Source: Fidelibacterota bacterium
Lineage (GTDB): Bacteria > Fidelibacterota > Marinisomatia > SCGC-AAA003-L08 > JACNLC01
DNA length: 64,000 nucleotides
Direction of reading: 5' to 3'
Assembly (NCBI GenBank): GCA_018657495.1
Contig: JABHXA010000003.1
Location: forward strand, 146,937-210,936
Below, piece after piece: positions 31,801 to 39,893 of the stretch. The position numbers and the translations under genes are program-made. The notes under the pieces were generated by a model. The model was not told where the DNA came from. It did not search any database and worked only from the letters and a program-made list of their open reading frames with translations. Position 1 is the first letter of the stretch. Each line of letters begins with the position of its first letter.

Positions 31801-32418
31801 GGAATGGATATAGATGTATCCATGAGTCATAATCTTTATAAATTGAAACTGAATCCCGATATTTCTAAATTGGTGCCTGTAGATGAATTTTCCTCATATC
31901 CCCGTTTGACCAGTTTAAGTATTGGCACATCATTACGTCTCAGCGGAACCAGCCTGATTGAACCGGATCTCTCTACAGATCCAGTCGAACCAGATACAAT
32001 ATATACTGGCGCACTTCTGGATGAGGGTGTACAATTGGATACTGGAATTGAAAGTGCTGCACCATCTATTGGAAGAGCTAATCTCTGGGAAGCCACGTTG
32101 GGTTTGCGTTATTCATTAAATAAACGGGTTGAAGGCGAGGAAGTGGTGGATGATAAAACCTACTGGATGAATACAAATCTTACTCTGAGAATCACCAGAA
32201 ACTGGGTCATGAGATATAATGCTAGAATAAATATGCTTGAGAGAGAGTTGGTGACTCATTCATTTGATTTTTATCGAGAGCTGCATTGCTGGGAGCTTCG
32301 CTTTCAATGGTGGCCTTCAGGTGGTGGAAAAGGATTCATGCTAAGAATTAATGTGAAAAATCCAGATCTCCAGGATATCAAACTGAAATCTACTGGCGGT
32401 AGCATCTGGAGATTCTAG
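28891..32418 (+). CDS. lptD: LptD-like LPS-assembly outer-membrane protein (OstA N-terminal jellyroll + large beta-barrel)
   Basis: 1175 aa. OstA-like N-terminus (KVQQFVGDVILQRGTMTLYTDKAIHY...LLGSVKLVD), a barrel region with ERHSGWIMPSFGHS..GTYFHGLGYYWAPNDYLD, and a terminal aromatic (IWRF). TTG start. Confidence 0.7.
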   Translation: MKTLSNLGTIIVRRTISSVNYFYSHNRFILFILLSFTLSADNDDRLKILQAGSLERMEMEGEKVQQFVGDVILQRGTMTLYTDKAIHYLNRNEYHLLGSVKLVDETDTLLSKSMFFYNDRVNYLKAMDDIFFTQDNQVITCDSLLYWTELDSGLAMGNVIMMSKMDTMTATTFNYWKTDGYRGTSFVTSGGTKIYEDEKVIVAESISYDDNEQFMSLNVGSSLEEPGKGISGNNIHIQYNDSLIQSIFVDGQTHAYQDMNAMLYSGDTGSHKFTDNMSASYMSSFFEDGEMYELNLIGMATTKYNVVKDSLLQGLNKATGDTITVSFEDGDMNRIQVFGGGRGVFEPEVANSRIDSVITYQADYLDYHVDEQITYLENDASVDYQGTKLSAGFIKSNWNTDMLDARLKGDVYPTIDSPTSDPMSGDQMEFNLLTHHGRVTLGKTRLNQGYYYGKEIFRDDPNIFHVTKSRYTSCDLDRPHFHLASRKMKMITGDKVVARPIILSIYDIPLFGIPLAVFPNKGGERHSGWIMPSFGHSKSAGTYFHGLGYYWAPNDYLDGKVLFNFRDQQGFDVKGKLNYVKRYKFSGNISSDIFRNVDSNEIADIFKDNVSKQWRIHWNHNHRIDPTQNVIIDANYVSDNKINQDYGYDLKTRLEQRLRSQAIYSKHWASTKNSLSLTLSEDFDLLAAESLPSEKSKSPGDKLIERTRTFPSISFSHSLTQVFGNGPKWYNSIYWRMSSLLTARQAVNLVAATDSTWFQDRTYDRTYQARHNFTLTSPQKVSGWLTLSPSFKLTSDWVFKYRKAQLDESGAFVKDSVTSVIVYDEIEKFLPRNTFTLSISANTKMYGTFPVRIGKLDAIRHVMTPNISFSWKPDFSKNVLGADPGYFQRDVNGEKFDKFTGSTAGSTSSRESKTIGYSLRNEFQTKYLISEDTYSKETIATWNMNGSYNATADSLRFSPISSGIRAGIPGGMDIDVSMSHNLYKLKLNPDISKLVPVDEFSSYPRLTSLSIGTSLRLSGTSLIEPDLSTDPVEPDTIYTGALLDEGVQLDTGIESAAPSIGRANLWEATLGLRYSLNKRVEGEEVVDDKTYWMNTNLTLRITRNWVMRYNARINMLERELVTHSFDFYRELHCWELRFQWWPSGGGKGFMLRINVKNPDLQDIKLKSTGGSIWRF

Positions 32419-32511
32419 AATTTTATCTGCATCGCTGCAGAGACGCGAAATACTTCCTCATACGTGATCTAAAGAATTGTTAAAATTTAGGCCAGGCTGA
32501 AAAAGAGAGAA

Positions 32512-34050
32512 TTAACTATCGGTCAGAATAATACTTACCATAAGTACGACATCCAATACATCTACTGAATCATCCAGATTCACATCAAGACATGGGTCAT
32601 CGAGGGTACATTCATCACATAATATCAGACTCACCAGCAACACCACATCCAATACATCTACCGCACCATTTTCATCCACGTCCCCGGCAGGCAGACATTC
32701 AGAGGGATCCCCGATCACGAATGATAAATTTATCTCATCATCAGAATTACCGTCAGAAAACTGAAAAACTACATTATAGGCACCATCTTCCGGATCGATT
32801 AGAGCATATGAATACTCTACAACAGATTCATAATCATGGGAAGACGGGATCATTTCCCAGATTTCTCCCTGATGAGATATGTAATGATCAAAGGGCAGAT
32901 TGGCCTCAGGGTCACTATAGTTTACATGCAGAACCTGGTCAACATCATCAAAATAGACATCCGAGATATCCATCTGATTATTTCCAGCCTGATACTGAGA
33001 GTCCATAAGGAAAATACCGGCTTCTGTAGCATCATGAAATAACATGTTCTGATCTATATCTGCTGAGGCAGTAAGACCCATAACCGTAAAACCATTGAAT
33101 TCATTTGACCAATTCCCAAAATCAGGATCATCAACAATAGTGGCAATGGCCGTTGAGAGATATAGTGAGTTTCCACTGGTAACAAATTCAATATCATTCG
33201 AAATATAATCAGCACTGATAATCTCACCATCGGGCGTTCCGATTAGTTTCATCACACCGGGATAAAGATTACCAAAAGCGCCATTTCCATAACCAAGAGC
33301 ATAAATGATCAATTCATCGCTATTTAAATCTTGCTCAGGATTCAGAAAGCCAGCTCCATATAAAAACCATGGACCAAAAAATTCACCTACTGGAAATCCG
33401 CCATCAACTGTGAGAAGTTGTATAAAAACCCTATCCTCACTATAGCTAACTCGCAGATCAGTGATATCCAAAAAACTTTCGCCATTTTCCTGATCACCCT
33501 GATCTTCAATAGCAATACTGGCAAATAAACCATCCGAGGGTGGAAAGCTATTGTTGAGGTTGGCAGGACTTTGGGTAATGACTGCTCTCTCATTTTCAAA
33601 ATCATAGGATGCCTGAAAATACCAATTTAAATATGCTCCGCTAAAGGTCGTCACATCACATTGCCAGGTATTTTCATATCCCATTGTACCTAATTGAGAA
33701 CAGGTTTGTGAATTCCAAATCTCCTGTTGATTGTTCGAATAATACACAGATGCCAGTGGATTTAATGCCATAAGGGAATCATTAAAATCTATATTAAATC
33801 TTAGTGCAGGCGATGGAGCTGTATTGTAGAGATGATGAAATAATACCTCATCCCGGGTCACCCGATTGAATTCAGCAGTACGGTTTGCTATCGAACTATA
33901 TAAATACGCAGAAAACCGATTGAATATTTCTTTGCCCTGTTCTTCAAGTTGACAAAATGCCACAGAACTGAGGGAAAATCCCATCAGGATAACCAGCAAA
34001 TAATTGTTAATGATAAATTTTCTATTCATACGAATCATAAACTTAACCAA
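32512..34050 (-). CDS. Secreted protein with C-terminal dockerin-like double repeat
   Basis: 512 aa with a signal peptide. The C-terminus is GDVDENGAVDVLDVVLLVSLIL...DVNLDDSVDVLDVVLMVSIILTDS, two EF-hand-like Ca-binding loops each followed by a helix. There is no T9SS sorting domain. Confidence 0.7.
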   Translation of the reverse strand: MVKFMIRMNRKFIINNYLLVILMGFSLSSVAFCQLEEQGKEIFNRFSAYLYSSIANRTAEFNRVTRDEVLFHHLYNTAPSPALRFNIDFNDSLMALNPLASVYYSNNQQEIWNSQTCSQLGTMGYENTWQCDVTTFSGAYLNWYFQASYDFENERAVITQSPANLNNSFPPSDGLFASIAIEDQGDQENGESFLDITDLRVSYSEDRVFIQLLTVDGGFPVGEFFGPWFLYGAGFLNPEQDLNSDELIIYALGYGNGAFGNLYPGVMKLIGTPDGEIISADYISNDIEFVTSGNSLYLSTAIATIVDDPDFGNWSNEFNGFTVMGLTASADIDQNMLFHDATEAGIFLMDSQYQAGNNQMDISDVYFDDVDQVLHVNYSDPEANLPFDHYISHQGEIWEMIPSSHDYESVVEYSYALIDPEDGAYNVVFQFSDGNSDDEINLSFVIGDPSECLPAGDVDENGAVDVLDVVLLVSLILCDECTLDDPCLDVNLDDSVDVLDVVLMVSIILTDS

Positions 34051-34229
34051 TATCCCTGTGAATATTAGTATGCAAATAATCTCAAATTAAAAAATCGTTG
34101 CTGGTTTCAGTGTAAAGCAGCTTTACAGCAGGGATATTTCACTTCAATTTTTTCCCTTACAACCTGTATCAGTATTACATTAATTTTACTTATCAATTAA
34201 AACATATAATTAATGAACAGGATATTCAA

Positions 34230-37200
34230 ATGAAAAAATTGTCCAAAATCATACTAATCATATCAGGGTTTATATTTCTACAGGCCAATGAACCATCCTG
34301 GGTCCGGTATCCAGCTATTTCACCAAATGGGACAGAAATTATTTTCTCATATATGGGTGATCTGTATAAAGTCTCTTCTACTGGTGGCGAAGCACATTCA
34401 TTAACCCGGCACACAGCCCATGATTTTATGCCGGTATGGTCAAATGACGGCAGTAAAATAGCTTTTGCATCAGATCGTTTTGGGAATTACGATATATTTG
34501 TAATGTCAGCAAATGGCGGCAAACCAGATAGAATAACCTATCATTCATCAAATGATTATCCCTCATCCTGGCATCCTGATGATAATTCAATTCTATTCTC
34601 AAGCAGCCGCATGGATACCTATCTCAGCACATTATTTCCATCTGGAAGAATGACCGAATTATACAGCGCAACATTGGATGGAAAACTTCCAGTGAGGCTA
34701 CTCACCAGTCCGGCCGAAGATGCAATTTACGATGATAGGGCAAGGGAAATATTTTATCACGATCGAAACGGACTTGAAAATATATGGAGAAAGCACCATA
34801 CTTCTTCTGATACACGAGATATCTGGAAATATGAACTCAGATCCGGAAAACATACGCAACTCACCGATTTTGAAGGTGAAGACCGGTCACCACATTTATA
34901 TAATAAAAATGAAATATTCTTCCTTAGTGAACGTTTTGGTTCCTTCAATGTGTGGAAGATGAAAGATAACGGCAAGAATGTTAAACAGGTAACTTTTCAT
35001 ACCGAACATCCGGTACGTTTTCTTTCACAGGCTGATAATGGAACCATTTGTTATGCATTCAGAGGGGATATTTATATTTTGCCCCTCGAATGGACAGAAC
35101 CTGTTAAAGTTGAAGTTGCGCTCTATGCCGATGATCAGGAAAATGAAATTGAGTACAAAACATTTTCAAGCGGAGCTACCGAGATGGCTGTTTCCCCAGA
35201 TTCAAAAGAGATCGCTTTTATTGTTAGAGGCGAGGTTTTTGTTACATCAGCAGAATATGAAACAACCCGTCGTATTACGGCCACTCCTGAGCAGGAAAGG
35301 AATATAAGCTTTTCAAGTGATGGACGGAAACTACTCTATGCCGGTGAAAGAAATGGTTCATGGAATTTATATCAATCTTCAATTGTCAATGAAGATGATA
35401 AACATTTTGCTAGTGCGGATGAAATTATTGAAACACCTATACTAGTATCAGAACCTGAGACATTTCAACCTCAATTTTCTCCCAATGATTCTCTCATCGC
35501 CTATCTGCATGAACGGGATGAAATTCGCATTTTGGATGTGGCTTCCGGTGATACATGGATCGCCCTGCCTGCCAAAAATAATTACAGCTATTCCGACGGA
35601 GATCAATATTTTGAATGGTCGCCTGATGGAAAATGGCTGGTGGCAAACTATCTGCCCTCACCGGAAAGATGGGTTGAAGATATTGCCCTGATCTCAGTGG
35701 ATGGAAAAAAGCTCATCCCAGTGACTGAAAGCGGTTATCCCTACTGGGTTCCGCATTGGAGTGAAGACGGCAGTATGATTTATGCCTTCTCAAACGAATT
35801 AGGGATGCGTTCACATGGCAGTTGGGGATCGCAGACAGATGTGTTTGGATATTTTACCTCTGATTCAACGTATGATTTTTCAAAACTCAGTAAAGAAGAA
35901 GTGGAAAATATCGAGAATGAGGAAGAGGATGAATCAGAAAATGATGATGATGAGTCCGAAAAAGATGATGATGATGACGAGGAAGAAGATGAAGCCGAAA
36001 TCAAACCAATTAGGATTGAAGAGGAAAACTTTCGTGATCGAAAGCAACGTCTTACGGTTCACTCATCGCAATTGAGGGATGGTCGTGTTTCAACAGATGG
36101 AAAATATCTGGTGTACCTGGCTCGTTTTGAAAAAGGATTCGATTTATGGAAGGTGGATTTACGCGAAAGAACACCTTCTCTTGTGGCAAAAATGGGAGCT
36201 AAAAATGCCTCTTCCCTTCATTTTGATGAGGATGGGACTCATGTGTTTTTCCTCAAAGATGGCGGAAATATTGTCAAATATAATATTGAAAGCGGCGAGA
36301 TGACTGCCGTCAGTTATCATGCTGAAATGGAGTTGAATTATCCCGCCGAACGAGCTTATATGTTTGAACATGTGTGGCGACAGATGAAAAAGAAGTTTTA
36401 TGTGGAAGACATGCACGGCGTTGATTGGGATATGATGAAATCTGAGTATTCACAATTCTTGCCTGATATCAACAATAATCGTGATTTTTGTGAATTACTC
36501 TCAGAGATTCTTGGGGAGTTGAATGCTTCCCATACAGGATGTTACTATCGTGGTCGCGGTGGTGAGAATGATCAAACTTATTCACTTGGACTGTATTTGG
36601 ATTCTGGTGGTGATAGTGGAATTTTGGTGGATGAAGTAATCAATAACGGGCCATCAGACAAACATGATTTAAAAATCACCAAAGGTACAATCATCGAAGC
36701 CATTGACGGTAATTCTGTAACAGGCGGAGTAAACTATCATCGCTATCTTAACCGCATCAAAAACCGTAAAGTCCGTCTATCCTTATTAGATTCTGTCACT
36801 GGTGATCGCTGGGTCGAAAGCATTCAGCCTGTTTCCCGCGGTCAGTTATTCAACCTGGTGTATAATCGATGGATTGAAAACAAAAGAGTTCTTGTCGATT
36901 CACTGTCAAACGGCAGGCTGGGTTATGTCCATGTTAGAGGAATGAATGATAGTAGCTTTAGAAAAACTTTTGCCGAATTATTTGGTCGGCAGGTTGATAA
37001 AGAGGCTTTAATTATGGATACACGCTGGAACGGCGGTGGTTGGCTTCATGATGATTTGGCTAAGTTACTCAGCGGTACCGATTATTCCTGGGCAGTTCCC
37101 CGTGGCAAACAAGTGGGCAAGGAACCACAGAATCGCTGGACCAAACCTGTTGTACTCGTAATGGGTGAAGCCAATTATTCAGATGCACATTTCTTCCCAT

Positions 37201-37466
37201 ACGCTTACACTGCCCTAAATATTGGAAAAACCGTTGGTATGCCCATCCCCGGTACAGCAACGGCAGTTTGGTGGGAGAACCTCCTTGATCCATCACTTGT
37301 CTTTGGCATGCCCATGGTTGGTGTAAAAAATACAGATGGTGAATTTTTAGAAAACAATCAGCTTGAGCCAGACTACCGTGTCAAAAATGACCCCGAATCG
37401 ATTGCTAAAGGAAGAGACAAACAAATCGAGAAAGCGGTTGAAGTTCTCTTGGAGCAACTAGATTAA
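34230..37466 (+). CDS. Tricorn-like protease (beta-propellers + PDZ + S41 peptidase domain)
   Basis: 1078 aa with a signal peptide. TolB/WD40-like repeats (PAISPNGTEIIFSYMGDLY, PVWSNDGSKIAFASDR), a PDZ-like segment, and a C-terminal S41 core (RWNGGGW...ANYSDAHFFPYAY). Confidence 0.8.
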   Translation: MKKLSKIILIISGFIFLQANEPSWVRYPAISPNGTEIIFSYMGDLYKVSSTGGEAHSLTRHTAHDFMPVWSNDGSKIAFASDRFGNYDIFVMSANGGKPDRITYHSSNDYPSSWHPDDNSILFSSSRMDTYLSTLFPSGRMTELYSATLDGKLPVRLLTSPAEDAIYDDRAREIFYHDRNGLENIWRKHHTSSDTRDIWKYELRSGKHTQLTDFEGEDRSPHLYNKNEIFFLSERFGSFNVWKMKDNGKNVKQVTFHTEHPVRFLSQADNGTICYAFRGDIYILPLEWTEPVKVEVALYADDQENEIEYKTFSSGATEMAVSPDSKEIAFIVRGEVFVTSAEYETTRRITATPEQERNISFSSDGRKLLYAGERNGSWNLYQSSIVNEDDKHFASADEIIETPILVSEPETFQPQFSPNDSLIAYLHERDEIRILDVASGDTWIALPAKNNYSYSDGDQYFEWSPDGKWLVANYLPSPERWVEDIALISVDGKKLIPVTESGYPYWVPHWSEDGSMIYAFSNELGMRSHGSWGSQTDVFGYFTSDSTYDFSKLSKEEVENIENEEEDESENDDDESEKDDDDDEEEDEAEIKPIRIEEENFRDRKQRLTVHSSQLRDGRVSTDGKYLVYLARFEKGFDLWKVDLRERTPSLVAKMGAKNASSLHFDEDGTHVFFLKDGGNIVKYNIESGEMTAVSYHAEMELNYPAERAYMFEHVWRQMKKKFYVEDMHGVDWDMMKSEYSQFLPDINNNRDFCELLSEILGELNASHTGCYYRGRGGENDQTYSLGLYLDSGGDSGILVDEVINNGPSDKHDLKITKGTIIEAIDGNSVTGGVNYHRYLNRIKNRKVRLSLLDSVTGDRWVESIQPVSRGQLFNLVYNRWIENKRVLVDSLSNGRLGYVHVRGMNDSSFRKTFAELFGRQVDKEALIMDTRWNGGGWLHDDLAKLLSGTDYSWAVPRGKQVGKEPQNRWTKPVVLVMGEANYSDAHFFPYAYTALNIGKTVGMPIPGTATAVWWENLLDPSLVFGMPMVGVKNTDGEFLENNQLEPDYRVKNDPESIAKGRDKQIEKAVEVLLEQLD

Positions 37467-37662
37467 TAAAGAATTTCGATTGGTGAGTTGAAAAATTTTA
37501 CGGTGTAACTTCGACTTCTCTCAGAGACTCTTGATATACAGTTTAGATAGGAAAACTTTAAGCGATTAATTATTCGAGTACAGCTTGATATCACTAATCA
37601 TCGCTGCTGTATTCCTTGATTCCAGTTTAATATAATCTTAAAATTCAGAGGAAATTTTCACT

Positions 37663-38331
37663 ATGTCACCATATCCCTTCATACCATTTGAATTGAGAAT
37701 CAAATATTCAGAAGAAGAAGCCATTAATAAATCTCTATCATTTTACACTTTTATGAACTACCGCCGAACCATAAGAGAATTTTCTGATGTTCGTGTTTCG
37801 GACGAAGTTATCAAAAATTGTCTGCTTACTGCAGGAACGGCTCCAAGTGGTGCCAATCAGCAGCCCTGGAAATTTGTCGTGGTTTCAAATCCAGCCCTAA
37901 AACAAGAAATCAGGATGGGTGCAGAAGCAGAAGAGAAAGAATTTTATGAACATCGCGCCCCGGAAGAATGGTTAAAAGCACTAGAACCTCTGGGAACTGA
38001 TGATCACAAACCCTTTCTTGAAACAGCTCCCTGCCTGATTGTGATCTTTGAAGAAAAATACGGTCTGGATGATCTTGACAACAAAATTAAACGATATTAT
38101 TCTACAGAATCCACTGGTTTGGCAACGGGAATGCTGATTACTGCCATTCATAATGCTGGCATGGTTTCTCTCACCCATACGCCCAGCCCAATGAAATTTC
38201 TCAATACTATACTCGATATCCCGGTGAATTATAAACCATATCTCATCCTGGTTACCGGTTATCCGGCAGATGGCGTTACTGTCCCTGATATAACCCGGAA
38301 GTCGCTTGAGGATATTGCCGTATTTAGATAA
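37663..38331 (+). CDS. Nitroreductase-superfamily flavoprotein, iodotyrosine deiodinase (IYD)-like
   Basis: 222 aa, collinear by eye with human IYD: YSEEE..FY..MN.RR..R.FS, TAGTAPSGA..PW.FVVV, E..xFY, K.FLETAP and TVPD..RK.L. The IYD signature Glu/Tyr/Lys triad is present (EEKEFY; HKPFLETAP). Confidence 0.8.
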   Translation: MSPYPFIPFELRIKYSEEEAINKSLSFYTFMNYRRTIREFSDVRVSDEVIKNCLLTAGTAPSGANQQPWKFVVVSNPALKQEIRMGAEAEEKEFYEHRAPEEWLKALEPLGTDDHKPFLETAPCLIVIFEEKYGLDDLDNKIKRYYSTESTGLATGMLITAIHNAGMVSLTHTPSPMKFLNTILDIPVNYKPYLILVTGYPADGVTVPDITRKSLEDIAVFR

Positions 38332-38751
38332 CAATTGCGGAAGGAAAACCGAATCCGTAATGACGGACATCGCATCTATTTATAAAAGTGATTTCTTTAT
38401 GATGTGAGTGTTATTGGCATTTGGCTAAAGCCTTTTTCAGCCTGCCATCAATATACTTTTTTTGACCAGTATAACTTTCAAAAGCAAGGATCATGCATAT
38501 TGTTGATATCAATATTACTGACTTTGGATTTGTTTATTCCTGCCTACTATTACTTGACCACATTAAACAGCAATAACAGATAAGCATCAACATAATACAA
38601 TCATAATAATATATTTTTATCTTAATATAATGTTTATCATATTCCGTAAATTTACATAGTGAAATTCAGGTCAGAAACTCCCTTCTGCGAATAACAATTT
38701 CAGCGGGGATTTTATACCAATTGGAACTAATATTGAAAACGGGAAACCGAT

Positions 38752-39093
38752 ATGCATGAAATGACCATTGCGATGAATGTTGTGGATGCGGTAATCAAAC
38801 GCGCACAGGAAAATCATGCTTTATATGTGACCTCAATCGAATTGGAAATTGGCGAATTAGCCGGGATACTAAACGACTCACTTCTATTCTGCTTTGACTC
38901 TGTCTGTAAAAATACTATTGCAGAATCCTGCAAACTCAATATTCACTCAGTCCCTGCAATCGGAAAATGCCATCATTGTGAAATCACTTTTACTGTTGAA
39001 TCATTATTTGCATTTTGTCCGGATTGCAGCCAATTCCAGGTATTAATTGTTTCTGGAAAAGAACTTAAAATAAAATCTTTCAATTATGAATGA
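38752..39093 (+). CDS. hypA: Hydrogenase nickel incorporation protein HypA
   Basis: 113 aa. N-terminal MHE nickel motif and a CHHC...CPDC zinc site. Confidence 0.9.
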   Translation: MHEMTIAMNVVDAVIKRAQENHALYVTSIELEIGELAGILNDSLLFCFDSVCKNTIAESCKLNIHSVPAIGKCHHCEITFTVESLFAFCPDCSQFQVLIVSGKELKIKSFNYE

Positions 39094-39101
39094 GGTAAAA
39101 T

Positions 39102-39887
39102 ATGTGTGATACATGCGGATGTAATCAGCCTGATGGGGCAGTAACAATCACAAAAATAGGCGAAAAAAACCATGATCATTCCCATGGAATTGGAGATAAG
39201 ACTCATACCCACCAATCTCCTGCTTCTCATCATGTCCACACGGTAACGATGGAAGAAGATATTCTACTTAAGAACAACCTTACTGCCGAACGAAACCGTG
39301 GGTATCTGGAAGCAAAAAATATTCTGACACTTAATCTGGTGAGTTCACCGGGTTCAGGAAAAACCAGTATTCTTGAGAGAACTCTCAAAGATTTGAAGAG
39401 TGAAATGGAGTTCTATGTCATCGAAGGCGATCAGCAGACATCAAGAGATGCCGAACGGATCGATACTACTGGGGTTCCAGTTGTACAGGTAAATACTGGC
39501 ACAGGCTGTCACCTCGATTCAACGATGATCAGAACGGCAATAGGTAAACTAAATCCGAATGATCATTCAGTACTGCTTATCGAAAATGTTGGGAATCTCG
39601 TTTGCCCCGCATTGTTTGATCTTGGGGAGACCCTTAAGGTCGTTATCATTAGCACAACGGAAGGTGATGACAAACCCCTGAAATATCCGACGATGTTTTC
39701 AGCTGCGGATATCTGCATTATTAACAAAACAGACCTTCTGCCGTATGTAGAATTTGATATGGGACTTTGTCAGAAAAATGCTTTGAAAGTAAACCATCAT
39801 CTTGAATTTTTTCAGATCTCCGCCACCAATGGCAATGGGCTGGAAAAATGGTATGATTGGATAAGATCACAGGTTCCTGTAGGATAA
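39102..39887 (+). CDS. hypB: Hydrogenase nickel-inserting GTPase HypB
   Basis: N-terminal MCDTCGC high-affinity Ni site, a His-rich stretch (HDHSHGIGDKTHTHQSPASHHVH), P-loop GSPGSGKT and ENVGNLVCP. Confidence 0.95.
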   Translation: MCDTCGCNQPDGAVTITKIGEKNHDHSHGIGDKTHTHQSPASHHVHTVTMEEDILLKNNLTAERNRGYLEAKNILTLNLVSSPGSGKTSILERTLKDLKSEMEFYVIEGDQQTSRDAERIDTTGVPVVQVNTGTGCHLDSTMIRTAIGKLNPNDHSVLLIENVGNLVCPALFDLGETLKVVIISTTEGDDKPLKYPTMFSAADICIINKTDLLPYVEFDMGLCQKNALKVNHHLEFFQISATNGNGLEKWYDWIRSQVPVG

Positions 39888-39893
39888 TATTTA

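Noticed and set aside
32592-33042. His/Pro-rich + strand ORFs (138 and 68 aa) inside the dockerin-protein gene.
   Set aside because: They are antisense to a well-supported 512-aa ORF that has a signal peptide and a dockerin. They have no start context and a low-complexity translation.
35780-36004. Minus-strand ORF encoding a poly-Ser run (SSSSSSSSSS...).
   Set aside because: It is antisense to the polyacidic insertion of the tricorn-like protease and arises purely from the GAn repeats.
37981-38370. 129-aa minus-strand ORF overlapping the IYD-like gene.
   Set aside because: The + strand frame has a full-length, motif-rich match to the nitroreductase/IYD family. The antisense ORF has none.
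38420-38450. TGGCAT...GC element upstream of hypA as a possible sigma-54 promoter.
   Set aside because: The GG-to-GC spacing does not fit the -24/-12 consensus (TGGCAC-N5-TTGC), and the element lies about 330 nt upstream of hypA.
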